Part shown: piece by piece, positions 47,161 to 56,670 of the stretch
Layout: each line of letters begins with the position of its first letter
Numbering within the stretch: the first letter of the stretch is position 1
DNA from: an uncultured Lachnospiraceae bacterium
GTDB lineage: Bacteria > Bacillota > Clostridia > Lachnospirales > Lachnospiraceae
Assembly (NCBI GenBank): GCA_910577825.1
Contig: CAJTOK010000013.1
Location: 416-64,415, forward strand
DNA: 64,000 nucleotides
Direction of reading: 5' to 3'
Position numbers and translations under genes: made by a program
Notes under the pieces: generated by a model
Told to the model about the DNA's origin: nothing
Databases searched by the model: none
Seen by the model: only the letters and a program-made list of their open reading frames with translations

Positions 47161-47845
47161 TTACCTTCCCTTCAAATTTATAACCCATGCCCCATACAGT
47201 TTTAATCTGCCAGTTTGGATGCGGCCAGGCATCTAATTTGGCACGCAGCCTTTTTATATGGCTGTCTACAGTACGGTTATCACCATAATAGTCATATCCC
47301 CACAGACTGTTTAATAAATTATCCCTTGAAAAAATTTTTTCTTTGTTCTCTAATAAAAGCCACAGTATTTCCAGTTCCTTCTTAGTAAGTATTACCTGTT
47401 TTTCCCCAACTGAAACAAAGCCGCTTTCAAGGCACACTGAAAGGTTATCATAAGAAAGGGAATCCATAATATTTTGTGATGTACGTTCCAGCCGCCTTAA
47501 AACAGCCCTTACACGTGCCATTACCTCATCCCCCGAAAATGGTTTTACAATATAATCATCTGCGCCAATATCAAGCCCCATAATACGCTCAAAATCCTCA
47601 CCCCTTGCTGTTATCATAATAATTGGCACATTGGACACCCTTCGTATTTCCCTGCATATCTCAAAACCATCTTTTTTAGGCATCATAACGTCAAGCAAAA
47701 TTATTTCAAACTGTCCTTGTTTAAAAATATTGGTTGTTTCAATGCCATCATGGGCAGTTACAGGTTCAAACCCCTCTTTTCTGGCAAATTCACTTAATAT
47801 CCTGGTAATCTGTATATTGTCATCTGCAATTAAAATCTTACCCAT
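47150..47845 (-). CDS. OmpR-family response regulator
   Basis: ILIADD...LLDVMMPKKDG receiver domain plus a winged-helix C-terminus (TVWGMGYKF). Confidence 0.9.
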   Translation of the reverse strand: MGKILIADDNIQITRILSEFARKEGFEPVTAHDGIETTNIFKQGQFEIILLDVMMPKKDGFEICREIRRVSNVPIIMITARGEDFERIMGLDIGADDYIVKPFSGDEVMARVRAVLRRLERTSQNIMDSLSYDNLSVCLESGFVSVGEKQVILTKKELEILWLLLENKEKIFSRDNLLNSLWGYDYYGDNRTVDSHIKRLRAKLDAWPHPNWQIKTVWGMGYKFEGKVNEI

Positions 47846-47987
47846 GCAATCCCCCCGCAATTAAGAATATTTTCTCTTATTTTATCATAAAAGCGTGCAG
47901 AAAAAAACACAATTCCGCCATATCTGGAAATTATTGTATAAATATAGTTAATATTTACACCAAAAACAAAACAAGGAGGTAATGACT

Positions 47988-48425
47988 ATGAAAAAAACCA
48001 AATTACTTTTATGCCTGTTTGCTGCTTTTCTCTTTACACTTGCCGCTTCTGCAGCAAGTGAAGCTGCCACACCAAAGGCTTCTGCAAAGACACCCGCAGG
48101 CATTGTGGCACAGCTTACAGGAAGAACCATTTCTGATGTAATGCAGGAGAGGCATGAAACTGGCAAGACTTATGGGACAATCGCTAAAGAAAGCGGAAAA
48201 CTGGCAGAATTTAAAAAAGAATGCCTGGAAATTAAGAAAAAAATCCTGAAAGAAGAAGTTGCAAATGGCAGGCTTTCACAAAAAGAAGCAGACAAAATAC
48301 TTGCTGCCATAAAAGCAAACCAGGCAGCCTGCAACGGAGATGGCTATGGCAGGAAAAATGGCAGCGGTTATGGTTATTGCGGTTATGGCAGGGGACAGGG
48401 ACAGTGCAGTTACAGGAGGTTATGA
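47988..48425 (+). CDS. small secreted protein (DUF2680/YckD-like?) with Gly/Tyr-rich tail
   Basis: AAGGAGG RBS, a signal peptide, helical repeats (KKKILKEEVANGRLSQKEADKIL) and a C-terminal GYGRKNGSGYGYCGYGRGQG. Confidence 0.55.
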   Translation: MKKTKLLLCLFAAFLFTLAASAASEAATPKASAKTPAGIVAQLTGRTISDVMQERHETGKTYGTIAKESGKLAEFKKECLEIKKKILKEEVANGRLSQKEADKILAAIKANQAACNGDGYGRKNGSGYGYCGYGRGQGQCSYRRL

Positions 48426-48465
48426 GCAAGCAGCGGAGCGGATTTCGGATATCCGCTTGAATTGT

Positions 48466-48513
48466 ACAATAAAAGCACCTGTGCAGTTAAAGGGATAAAA
48501 ACCCTGCACAGGT
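48466..48513 (-). terminator. intrinsic terminator after the NUDIX gene
   Basis: 10-bp stem ACCTGTGCAG/CTGCACAGGT (48477..48486 / 48504..48513), followed on the minus strand by GCTTTTATTG. Confidence 0.6.
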
Positions 48514-48532
48514 ACTTACAAATTATTACAAA

Positions 48533-49039
48533 TTACACCCGGCCCTGTATTTTTTCAAATGCACCTTTAAGGATACCTATGTACTCCTGGTCACGCCGTC
48601 TTGAATTAAGTGCAAGCTCAAGCATTTCATCATAACCAACAAGCTTTACTTCATCAACTTCTTCTTTCTGCAGCAGGCAGTCACTTAAATCAAACTTCTT
48701 CTTTACAAAATATATATCAGTAAAGTTCTTTTTTTTCTTAAACCTCCCTGCAAAAAACAGTTCCGACCTGTCAATTTTAATGCCAATCTCTTCCTGTGTT
48801 TCCCTTATAGCCCCGTCAATGCTTTCTTCGCCTGAAAGCACTGCGCCTCCTGTTACATCCCATTCACCAGGATGCGATTCTTTATTCATTGCACGTTTCT
48901 GTACAAGGAACTTGCCATCAGGCGTATACAGGTATATATGTACACATAACATGTAATCACCAGACCTTGGTACACCGCGTTCCATTACACGCCCTGTACG
49001 GTTGGCATTTTCATCATATACATCCCAAATTTCAGCCAT
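48533..49039 (-). CDS. NUDIX hydrolase
   Basis: Nudix box GGAVLSGEESIDGAIRETQEEIG. Confidence 0.85.
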   Translation of the reverse strand: MAEIWDVYDENANRTGRVMERGVPRSGDYMLCVHIYLYTPDGKFLVQKRAMNKESHPGEWDVTGGAVLSGEESIDGAIRETQEEIGIKIDRSELFFAGRFKKKKNFTDIYFVKKKFDLSDCLLQKEEVDEVKLVGYDEMLELALNSRRRDQEYIGILKGAFEKIQGRV

Positions 49040-49089
49040 TGTAATCTCCATTCCTTCTTAAATATGCCTTATATGCTTTAATGGTTAGT

Positions 49090-49716
49090 TTACTGTCTTT
49101 TTTCCCTTTCCTTTTTACTAAATACACACCCACAGTAATCCTGCCTGTACAGGTTATATTCCTTAGAATACTGTATTGATTTCTGGTATCCACCTTTTTT
49201 CTTGAAATCTGATACCAGATACTTTACACCATATTCTTTTTCAAGCATTAAACCGGTTTCATTAAGCCTCTGCGCATTTTTATGCGGGCTTACAGAAAGT
49301 GTTGTTGTAAAGTAGTCAAAACCATGTAAAAGCGCATACCCTGCTGCCACACGCTGTCTCATTTCATAGCATTTGAAACATCTACCGCCGCCTTCGGGCA
49401 TGTCTTCCATCCCTTCCGCCATATGGAAAAATTTTAAGGGTTCATATTCCCCTTCCACAAAACTTATATGGTTTTTAACTGGAAGCTCCCTTATAAGCCT
49501 CTGCTGTTCATTTACACGTTTACGGTACTCCTCCTCTGGCGAAATATTAGGGTTGTAATAAAGGACTGTTATAGAAAAATATTCTGCCAGGTAACTTAAA
49601 CAGTAACTGCTGCATGGTGCACAGCAGCTGTGCATTAAAAGGCGTGGCAGCAGGTTTCTTTTAGTTATATCTTCTATTATGCCATCCAGCATACGCTGGT
49701 AATTGGTTTTATCCAT
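49090..49716 (-). CDS. queH: epoxyqueuosine reductase QueH (DUF208)
   Basis: LLMHSCCAPCSSY ... YNPNI ... CxxC...YCGC pattern characteristic of QueH. Confidence 0.75.
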   Translation of the reverse strand: MDKTNYQRMLDGIIEDITKRNLLPRLLMHSCCAPCSSYCLSYLAEYFSITVLYYNPNISPEEEYRKRVNEQQRLIRELPVKNHISFVEGEYEPLKFFHMAEGMEDMPEGGGRCFKCYEMRQRVAAGYALLHGFDYFTTTLSVSPHKNAQRLNETGLMLEKEYGVKYLVSDFKKKGGYQKSIQYSKEYNLYRQDYCGCVFSKKEREKRQ

Positions 49717-49742
49717 AGCCCCCTCCGTCCTGTAAAAGAATA

Positions 49743-50255
49743 TTAATAAAATGCCTGTAAAAGAACAGAATCCCTGATGGCCTTCTTCGTAAGCCCTATA
49801 TTATCAAGCATGTCCTGTGGCATTATTCCAAAAAAGAGGCTGCATATTATATATATAATTATAAAATTAACCAGGAAACCCGCTATAGCACCGCCAATGC
49901 GGTCAAGCTTCCCGATAACTGGCAGATGGCTTGTTATCTTAAATATATTAGCAGCATGGCGGAGTATTATAAATGAAATAATAAATATAATGGTAAAAAC
50001 CGCATGGTGTACTATGCTTTCTGCCGTATCTGCCACAAATGCCCCTGCAGGCATTGCAGTGCTTTCCATTTTCCCGTTTATAAAGCCGGAAAGCCCTGGT
50101 GAAAGCAGGTCTGCTGCAAATGATGCTATAAAATATGCGGCCACAAGTGATGCAAGCTGTGCAGCCTTTGTTACAAGCCCGGTCATGTACCCGGACACAA
50201 CTGAAGCTATAAGCAGTATGGCTATTACAATATCTATGGCTTTTATAATATCCAT
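49743..50255 (-). CDS. CvpA family membrane protein
   Basis: 170 aa, four TM segments, N-terminal DIVIAILLIASVVSGYMTGLV pattern. Confidence 0.65.
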   Translation of the reverse strand: MDIIKAIDIVIAILLIASVVSGYMTGLVTKAAQLASLVAAYFIASFAADLLSPGLSGFINGKMESTAMPAGAFVADTAESIVHHAVFTIIFIISFIILRHAANIFKITSHLPVIGKLDRIGGAIAGFLVNFIIIYIICSLFFGIMPQDMLDNIGLTKKAIRDSVLLQAFY

Positions 50256-51010
50256 TACACCATTACATCGGCCATGCTATAATAGCCGGCATCCTTGTCT
50301 TTCAGGAATTTAGCAGCCACTACAGAGCCTTTTGCAAATACAGCCCTTGAATATGCTGTATGCGAAAGTGTTATTACTTCATCTGTACCAGCAAATATTA
50401 CGTCATGTATTCCAACTATAGTACCGCCACGCACCGCCGAAATACCAAGTTCTTCCTTGCCACGTTTCTTGCGTGCCTGTGAACGGTCATAGACATATTC
50501 ATACCTGTCACCAAATTCTTCATTAATGGAATCTGCAAGGGCAAGGGCAGTCCCAGAAGGTGCATCAAGCTTCTGGTTATGGTGTTTCTCAACAATTTCA
50601 ATATCAAAACCATTATCTGCAAGTTTTTTCGCTGCTTCTTTTACCAGCTTCATAAGGAGGTTAATCCCAAGTGACATATTGGCGGATTTTAATACAGCCA
50701 CTTTCCGGCCTGCTTCTTTCACACATGCAGACTGGCTTTCCGAAAGCCCTGTTGAGCATACAACAACTGGCATATGCCTGTCCACTGCATAATCCATCCT
50801 TTCCTCAATCCCATTGGCAGAAGAAACATCAATAATTACATCTGCTGGTATATCACAGTCTGATATATCAGTAAAAACAGGATAATCATTGTCCCTGTTA
50901 TTTACAATATCAACACCTGCCACAATGGCAGCATCTTCATCTTCTTTTACAATATCCGTAATCATCTGGCCCATACGCCCGTTACATCCGGTAATAATAA
51001 TTTTAACCAT
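50255..51010 (-). CDS. dapB: 4-hydroxy-tetrahydrodipicolinate reductase
   Basis: MVKIIITGCNGRMG..., EKHHNQKLDAPSGTA motif. Confidence 0.95.
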   Translation of the reverse strand: MVKIIITGCNGRMGQMITDIVKEDEDAAIVAGVDIVNNRDNDYPVFTDISDCDIPADVIIDVSSANGIEERMDYAVDRHMPVVVCSTGLSESQSACVKEAGRKVAVLKSANMSLGINLLMKLVKEAAKKLADNGFDIEIVEKHHNQKLDAPSGTALALADSINEEFGDRYEYVYDRSQARKKRGKEELGISAVRGGTIVGIHDVIFAGTDEVITLSHTAYSRAVFAKGSVVAAKFLKDKDAGYYSMADVMV

Positions 51011-51074
51011 GTTTAAAGCCTCTTTTCTTATTATGTATTCTGTACATTATATGTATTTTTATACATAGGGCATG

Positions 51075-51093
51075 CCTGGAAACTTCCCTGCAC
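51075..51093. promoter_or_regulatory. dap box 1: CCTGGAAACTTCCCTGCAC, upstream of a dapB -10
   Basis: Matches the reverse complement of 52088..52106 at 18/19 positions. It contains a GGAA-nn-TTCC dyad and lies 23 nt upstream of the minus-strand TATAAT (51051..51046). Confidence 0.35.
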
Positions 51094-51105
51094 GCCCTCC
51101 CTTTA

Positions 51106-51999
51106 TTAAACTTCAACTTTAATTCCAGCTTCTTCCATTGCCTGCCTTAAAATCTTTTTATTACCCTCCTCCATTTCTGTAAGCGGCATACGCAATGTAC
51201 CTGCATTAAATCCCATCATATTCATTGCTGCCTTTACAGGTATAGGGTTTACTTCAAGGAAAAGTGCCTTTGCAAGATTTAAATACTTAAGCTGGAGCCC
51301 TGCACCTGCCTTAACATCACCCTCCATTGTCTTTATAACCATATCATGTACTTCCTGTGGCAGCACATGCGATAATACAGATATAACACCTTTGCCGCCA
51401 AGTGCAGTTATAGGCACAATCTGGTCATCATTGCCTGAATAAACATCAAGCCTGCCCTCTGAAAGTGCAAGTATTTCTGCAACCTGTGAAATATCACCTG
51501 ATGCTTCTTTAACTGCCACAATATTTTCAACCTCTTTAGAAAGCTCTGCAAGCGTCTGCGGCTTTATATTAACCCCTGTACGTCCCTGTATATTATAAAG
51601 GATTACCGGCAAATCCATGCTTGCAGCTATTTCTGTAAAGTGTTTCTTTAATCCGTTCTGTGTTGCTTTATTATAATAAGGAGATACTACCAAAATTCCG
51701 TCTGCACCTGCTTTATAAGCTTCTTTTGATAAATAAACTGCTGTTTCTGTACAGTTTGAACCTGTACCTGCTACCACAGGGACACGCTTCTTCACCATAT
51801 CCACACATGCTTTTATAGTCCTTATATGTTCATCATGGGTCATTGTTGAAGCTTCACCTGTTGTACCACAGACTATTATTGCATCTGTATTGTTTTCAAT
51901 CTGGTAATTTATAATGCGTTCCATCTCATCATAATTAACAGACCCGTCTTCATACATAGGTGTAATTAGTGCAACTCCTGCACCTGTAAATATAGACAT
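51106..51999 (-). CDS. dapA: 4-hydroxy-tetrahydrodipicolinate synthase
   Basis: GVALITPM..., GTTGE, VVSPYYNK, and the KEASGD active-site Lys context. Confidence 0.95.
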   Translation of the reverse strand: MSIFTGAGVALITPMYEDGSVNYDEMERIINYQIENNTDAIIVCGTTGEASTMTHDEHIRTIKACVDMVKKRVPVVAGTGSNCTETAVYLSKEAYKAGADGILVVSPYYNKATQNGLKKHFTEIAASMDLPVILYNIQGRTGVNIKPQTLAELSKEVENIVAVKEASGDISQVAEILALSEGRLDVYSGNDDQIVPITALGGKGVISVLSHVLPQEVHDMVIKTMEGDVKAGAGLQLKYLNLAKALFLEVNPIPVKAAMNMMGFNAGTLRMPLTEMEEGNKKILRQAMEEAGIKVEV

Positions 52000-52087
52000 C
52001 TTTATCTCCTCCTGATATTATATGTATATTATTAAATTATTTTATAAACATTACACGTACTTTATTATATGTACCCAGCCATAAAAT

Positions 52088-52106
52088 GTGCAGGGAACTT
52101 TCCAGG
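52088..52106. promoter_or_regulatory. dap box 2: GTGCAGGGAACTTTCCAGG, upstream of the dapA -10
   Basis: Inverted copy of dap box 1. It lies 18 nt upstream of the minus-strand TATAAT (52069..52064). Neither promoter has a recognisable -35. Confidence 0.35.
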
Positions 52107-52145
52107 GCAGGCTTCCGTTTTAAATGCTTGTCCGCCAGGTTTCTG

Positions 52146-52643
52146 TTACCCCACAGTATCTTTTTCAAGGTCAATCTTTGAAATCACGTCCGCATAAGGC
52201 ACAAGTTCCTCTGGAAGGTTTCTGCCAGTAAGCACAATACGGCAGTAATCATCCCTCATATTTATAAGGTGTATAATATCTTCCACCGTTATTATATCCA
52301 GGCCGGGAAGGCCTAACACCTCATCAAGCACCAGTACATCACATTCGCCTGTATCTATAACTTTCTTTGCAAAATTAAAACCGTTAAGGATATTTTTCCT
52401 TTCATCTTTCTGCTGTGATGCAAGAAGCAAATCATACGACCTTTCTGCCTTTTCAAACCTGAACAGCTTTATCTCCGGTTCAAGCTTCCCAAGGAAATTA
52501 AACTCTTCTGCTTCTTTTCCTTTAAGGAACTGTATAATAATTACAGAAAGCCCCTGGCTCGCCGCACGTATGCACTGCCCCACGGCAGCAGATGTCTTTC
52601 CTTTCCCAGTACCATAATAAATCTGGACAATACCTTTACTCAT
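52146..52643 (-). CDS. cob(I)yrinic acid a,c-diamide adenosyltransferase (CobO/BtuR type)
   Basis: YYGTGKGKTSAAVGQCIRAASQG...IIQFLKG pattern typical of CobA/CobO. Confidence 0.75.
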   Translation of the reverse strand: MSKGIVQIYYGTGKGKTSAAVGQCIRAASQGLSVIIIQFLKGKEAEEFNFLGKLEPEIKLFRFEKAERSYDLLLASQQKDERKNILNGFNFAKKVIDTGECDVLVLDEVLGLPGLDIITVEDIIHLINMRDDYCRIVLTGRNLPEELVPYADVISKIDLEKDTVG

Positions 52644-52699
52644 TTTATTCCTCCATGCCGCACACTGGCAGCATCCAATCAGATTTCCCTTCTAACAGG

Positions 52700-52745
52700 A
52701 AAATGGCCAGACAGCAACTTAGAGATTGCTGGCTCTAGCCATTTT
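52700..52745 (-). terminator. bipartite hairpin between the SSB-like gene and cobO (probable terminator)
   Basis: Outer AAAATGGC/GCCATTTT and inner CAGCAA/TTGCTG stems. The minus-strand reading ends ...GGCCATTTTCCTG. Confidence 0.45.
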
Positions 52746-52784
52746 ATCACATCTGGTTATAAATTTCAATCCACTTGTAATAAT

Positions 52785-53426
52785 TTAAACGCCTTCTTCT
52801 TCAGCGATATATTCCAGCTTGCTTACTGATACTTCATAAGCAACACGCTTTTCATACATATCCTCAGATATCTTTTTCTGGTATTCCCTGCTCTGTATCC
52901 TTCCCCAGAGCTGTATATGCGAACCTACCTCAAACTGGTCTGCAAACCTTGCATTCCTTCCCCAGCATATACATGGTATATAATCAGACTTGCCATATGG
53001 CCTGTTCACTGCAAGAAGCACATCTGCAATTTCCCTTCCCAAAGGTGTCTTCCGGTACACCGGTCTCTTACAAACATAACCATCAAGGAATATATGGTTA
53101 GGGTTCTGTTCTGCTTCCTCTGCATTAACAAGCATTGCTTCCCTTGCAAATACAGACAGCACAAGCCTGTTCTTTGTCTCCTCATGCCTGTTGTAAGAGC
53201 GGAACTGCCCTGTTGCCTGAAGTATACAGCCCTTATAATCCTCTTTCACATCCATAAGCCTCTCAGAAACCATAACTGGTATAATATCATAAGAGTTGCT
53301 TAAACGGCATACAGCAATATTAACTATATAGAAGTTCTCACCATATACCTCATGGCTGAATGTAAATTCACTTACTACTTCGCCTGCAATCGTTACCTGG
53401 TTGTTTGTAAATACTTTATCCAACAT
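52785..53426 (-). CDS. single-stranded DNA-binding-like protein with two OB-fold halves
   Basis: 213 aa. Two similar halves (NQVTIAGEV...GQFRSY / IFLDGYV...LWGRIQSREY) and an acidic C-terminal tail EEEGV. Confidence 0.55.
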   Translation of the reverse strand: MLDKVFTNNQVTIAGEVVSEFTFSHEVYGENFYIVNIAVCRLSNSYDIIPVMVSERLMDVKEDYKGCILQATGQFRSYNRHEETKNRLVLSVFAREAMLVNAEEAEQNPNHIFLDGYVCKRPVYRKTPLGREIADVLLAVNRPYGKSDYIPCICWGRNARFADQFEVGSHIQLWGRIQSREYQKKISEDMYEKRVAYEVSVSKLEYIAEEEGV

Positions 53427-53840
53427 ATTTCTTATCCTCCATTTTTCTTAGGGCTTTCTGCCCTATCAGTAATTTGTTTTAATAATTTATATGTTCCAGT
53501 AACGGAATTTAGAACTATTATTCCCAAATTCTGCAAAATTTATGTATGACATTTTCCGGCCTTCTGCCGGCTTCTATGTCTGTTACAAAAGCAGGAACCG
53601 TTTTTAAATTATTTTTGTTACTTTTTCTTACTTGTATAATGCGCCTATAATTAGTATACTTATATTTTGTGGATTTGTAATTAATTTTTTTATTAAATTT
53701 CTATTACATTTTTATTGCATTTGTATATACGGCTGTACCTGCAGCTGCAATTACCATACCCGTACACTATTTTATATAGTAATAATACCAAATTATAGAA
53801 CTTACTGCAAGAAATTTTAAAAGAAAGGACAGTACCTGAT

Positions 53841-55676
53841 ATGAAAATTAAACGTGATGATGTAAGGAATATTGCAATTATAGCCCATGTAGACCACGGA
53901 AAAACAACACTGGTTGATGAACTTTTAAAACAGAGCGGCGTATTCCGTTCAAACCAGGAAGTTGCAGAAAGGGTTATGGACTCAGGTGACATTGAAAGGG
54001 AACGTGGCATAACAATCCTTTCCAAAAATACTGCAATCACTTATAATAACACTAAAATCAACATTATAGATACCCCCGGGCACGCCGACTTTGGCGGTGA
54101 AGTCGAACGTGTACTTAAAATGGTTAATGGTGTAGTCCTTGTCGTTGACGCCTTTGAAGGCGCAATGCCACAGACAAAATTCGTACTTAAAAAAGCACTG
54201 GAACTTGAACTGCCTGTTATAGCCTGCATCAACAAAACCGACCGGCCGGAAGCAAGGCCGGATGAAGTTGTTGATGAAGTCCTTGAATTATTTATCGACC
54301 TTGATGCCAGTGAAGAACAGCTTGACTGCCCATTTATTTTCGCATCTGCCAAAAACGGCACAGCTTCATACAGTGCAGATGAGCCAGGCACAGACATGGT
54401 ACCTTTATTTGACACTATCATTAATTATATACCAGCACCAGAAGGCGACCCGGAAGCTGCCACACAGGTCCTTATAAGCACCATTGACTATAATGACTAT
54501 GTAGGGCGTATCGGGATAGGAAAAGTTGACAATGGCACAGTTAAAACAGGACAGGATGTAGTAATTGTAAACCACCACGACCCTTCCAAGCTTGTAAAAG
54601 TCAAAATTGGCAAGCTCTACGAATTTGAAGGGCTTAAAAAAACAGAAGTAAAAGAGGCAGGCATTGGCTCAATAGTTGCAATATCAGGGATTACTGATAT
54701 CCATATCGGTGATACAATCTGTTCCCCTGAAAACCCCGTGCCAATCCCATTCCAGAAAATCTCCGAACCTACCATTGCAATGTACTTTCTGGTTAATGAC
54801 AGCCCGCTTGCAGGGCTTGAAGGCAAATATGTAACATCAAGGCATCTGCGTGACAGGCTTTTTGCCGAATTAAACTCTGATGTAAGCCTGCGTGTGGAAG
54901 AAACAGAAAACACCGACAGCTTCAAGGTATCAGGACGCGGGGAACTGCATCTTTCAGTCCTAATTGAAAATATGCGCCGCGAAGGCTATGAATTTGCAGC
55001 CAGCAAAGCAGAAGTTCTCTATAAAACAGATGAACGCGGGGCACGGCTTGAACCAATAGAGCGTGCATATATTGACGTGCCTGATGACTTCTCTGGCAAT
55101 GTAATACAGAAACTAAGCAACCGTAAAGGTGAACTCCTTGGCATGTCCTCCATAGGCGGCGGTTATACAAGGCTTGAATTTCTTATACCATCACGCGGCC
55201 TTATAGGGTACCGCGGCGAATTTCTTACTGATACAAAAGGCAACGGCATTATAAATACAGTATTTGAGGAATATGGCCCATACAAAGGGGACATAGCATA
55301 CCGCAAACAGGGCTCACTAATTGCATTCGAGGCAGGAGAAACTGTTGCATACGGGCTTTTTAACGCACAGGACAGGGGGACACTGTTCGTAGGTCCTGGT
55401 GAAAAAGTGTATGCAGGAATGGTTATAGGCCAGAGCAGCAAAACGGAAGATATAGAACTTAATGTATGCAAGACAAAGCACCTTACAAATACACGTTCTT
55501 CATCTGCCGACGAAGCCCTTAAACTGACAACCCCGAAGAAATTAAGCCTTGAAGAAGCACTGGAGTTTATAGATACAGACGAACTTTTAGAAATAACGCC
55601 AGAAAGCCTGCGTATACGCAAGAAAATACTTGACTCAACACAAAGGTTCCGTGCATCAAAGAAAAAACAGGGATAA
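53841..55676 (+). CDS. typA: translational GTPase TypA/BipA
   Basis: RNIAIIAHVDHGKTTLVD, DTPGHADF, NKTD. 611 aa. Confidence 0.95.
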   Translation: MKIKRDDVRNIAIIAHVDHGKTTLVDELLKQSGVFRSNQEVAERVMDSGDIERERGITILSKNTAITYNNTKINIIDTPGHADFGGEVERVLKMVNGVVLVVDAFEGAMPQTKFVLKKALELELPVIACINKTDRPEARPDEVVDEVLELFIDLDASEEQLDCPFIFASAKNGTASYSADEPGTDMVPLFDTIINYIPAPEGDPEAATQVLISTIDYNDYVGRIGIGKVDNGTVKTGQDVVIVNHHDPSKLVKVKIGKLYEFEGLKKTEVKEAGIGSIVAISGITDIHIGDTICSPENPVPIPFQKISEPTIAMYFLVNDSPLAGLEGKYVTSRHLRDRLFAELNSDVSLRVEETENTDSFKVSGRGELHLSVLIENMRREGYEFAASKAEVLYKTDERGARLEPIERAYIDVPDDFSGNVIQKLSNRKGELLGMSSIGGGYTRLEFLIPSRGLIGYRGEFLTDTKGNGIINTVFEEYGPYKGDIAYRKQGSLIAFEAGETVAYGLFNAQDRGTLFVGPGEKVYAGMVIGQSSKTEDIELNVCKTKHLTNTRSSSADEALKLTTPKKLSLEEALEFIDTDELLEITPESLRIRKKILDSTQRFRASKKKQG

Positions 55677-55706
55677 AAAATTATAAAAAAGATATCTAAA
55701 TACAGG

Positions 55707-55750
55707 GCCCATTATCTAAAACAGAAAATAATGGGCTTTGTAATATTTTA
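55707..55750 (+). terminator. intrinsic terminator of typA
   Basis: GCCCATTAT/ATAATGGGC stem (55707..55715 / 55728..55736) followed by TTTGTAATATTTTATTT. Confidence 0.7.
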
Positions 55751-55788
55751 TTTGTATGCAAAAATTTTCTGTACTTTATGCAGAGGAT

Positions 55789-55850
55789 AATCATTCTTGA
55801 GGTGTGTTTTTTGCAGCCTTAGAATGATTTTTCAATCTAACATTTCTTCT
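55789..55850 (+). repeat. copy B of the conserved hairpin element
   Basis: AATCATTCTTGAGG / CCTTAGAATGATT stem, loop TGTGTTTTTTGCAG, tail TTTTTCAATCTAACATTTCTTCT. It lies 11 nt from the cmr6 stop codon. Confidence 0.7.
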
Positions 55851-55861
55851 AAAAATATAAT

Positions 55862-56659
55862 TTATTTGAGCCTTCCAAATCCTACATTTGTCTTTGCGCC
55901 AATTCCCATATCAATAACAATATTTTTAAAAAGCTCTTTCTTTTCCGCTGCACTAATAATAATTGTTTCTTCATCATCCTTAGTATAATCAGTCAGCAAA
56001 AAATTAAATATGATTGGCACATCAGGTTTTATTTTAATCATACTAATAGGATTTGGTTCGTTAAATTCTAACTCTTTATGCGGTGTTATATAATCCATCT
56101 TCATAATGCTTCTTGGTTTATCCCTCAAATCTGGAAATGCCCCTAAAAAAATATCATTTCCTTCAAAGATATTATCCTTTAATCCAAGTACATCAAATCC
56201 ATCTTTTTTTAACAATTCTCTGATATATAAAGCATATTCTTCTGAAACTTCTTTTTGGTTTCCTGGAAAAAAACTTCTAAGCATTCCCTTTAAAGAAGAA
56301 CCTGGTATATAAGGAATCCCTGTAACATAATCAAAAGTAAAACCACATTTTATTGCTTCATCCAGTTTTGCATCATGTGGATATCCCGCACCAATTAACA
56401 AACCCGGATATTCTGTTTTAAGAGTAAACGACTGGTAATGCCATCCATCAACAGCATTGTTCAAATTAGCATCAAGCAGTATATTTCCAGGAAATACAAA
56501 TTTTTCAATTTCCTTGTTCCGTTGTCTGATTTCATCAATTACTGTAGTGTCTTCTGTATCCTCCTGTTTAATTCTTTTCTGCTCTTCAAGAAGATTTTCT
56601 ATATCTTTAAAATATTCTACGTTAAATATGTAATTCATGTTTTTTGATTCAAATTTCAT
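55862..56659 (-). CDS. cmr6: type III-B RAMP protein Cmr6
   Basis: IPYIPGSSLKGMLRSFF and a C-terminal GAKTNVGFGRL glycine-rich loop. Last gene of the cmr string. Confidence 0.8.
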   Translation of the reverse strand: MKFESKNMNYIFNVEYFKDIENLLEEQKRIKQEDTEDTTVIDEIRQRNKEIEKFVFPGNILLDANLNNAVDGWHYQSFTLKTEYPGLLIGAGYPHDAKLDEAIKCGFTFDYVTGIPYIPGSSLKGMLRSFFPGNQKEVSEEYALYIRELLKKDGFDVLGLKDNIFEGNDIFLGAFPDLRDKPRSIMKMDYITPHKELEFNEPNPISMIKIKPDVPIIFNFLLTDYTKDDEETIIISAAEKKELFKNIVIDMGIGAKTNVGFGRLK

Positions 56660-56670
56660 ACCTGCTTCTC

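Noticed and set aside
52000-52145. Lysine (L-box) riboswitch upstream of dapA
   Set aside because: The leader from the predicted -10 to the ATG is only ~57 nt. I see none of the conserved L-box helices or motifs.
52644-52784. Cobalamin riboswitch upstream of the cobO-type adenosyltransferase
   Set aside because: An AAGGGAA and a GCCAGTG stretch caught the eye. The region is only ~140 nt, lacks a convincing B12 box, and is better explained by a bipartite terminator hairpin after the SSB-like gene.
53427-53840. Possible ncRNA in the 414-bp ssb-typA divergent spacer
   Set aside because: I see only short hairpins (TAGGGC/GCCCTA, CCGGC/GCCGG) and an extended -10 (TGTATAAT). I recognise no known RNA family fold. 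The long typA leader remains unexplained but unsupported as a feature.
55677-55861. Possible CRISPR array or solo CRISPR repeat downstream of cmr6
   Set aside because: There is no repeat-spacer periodicity in the 185-bp spacer. The only repeat-like unit occurs once here. Its second copy 32 kb away covaries with flanking sequence to keep a hairpin, which spacers would not do.
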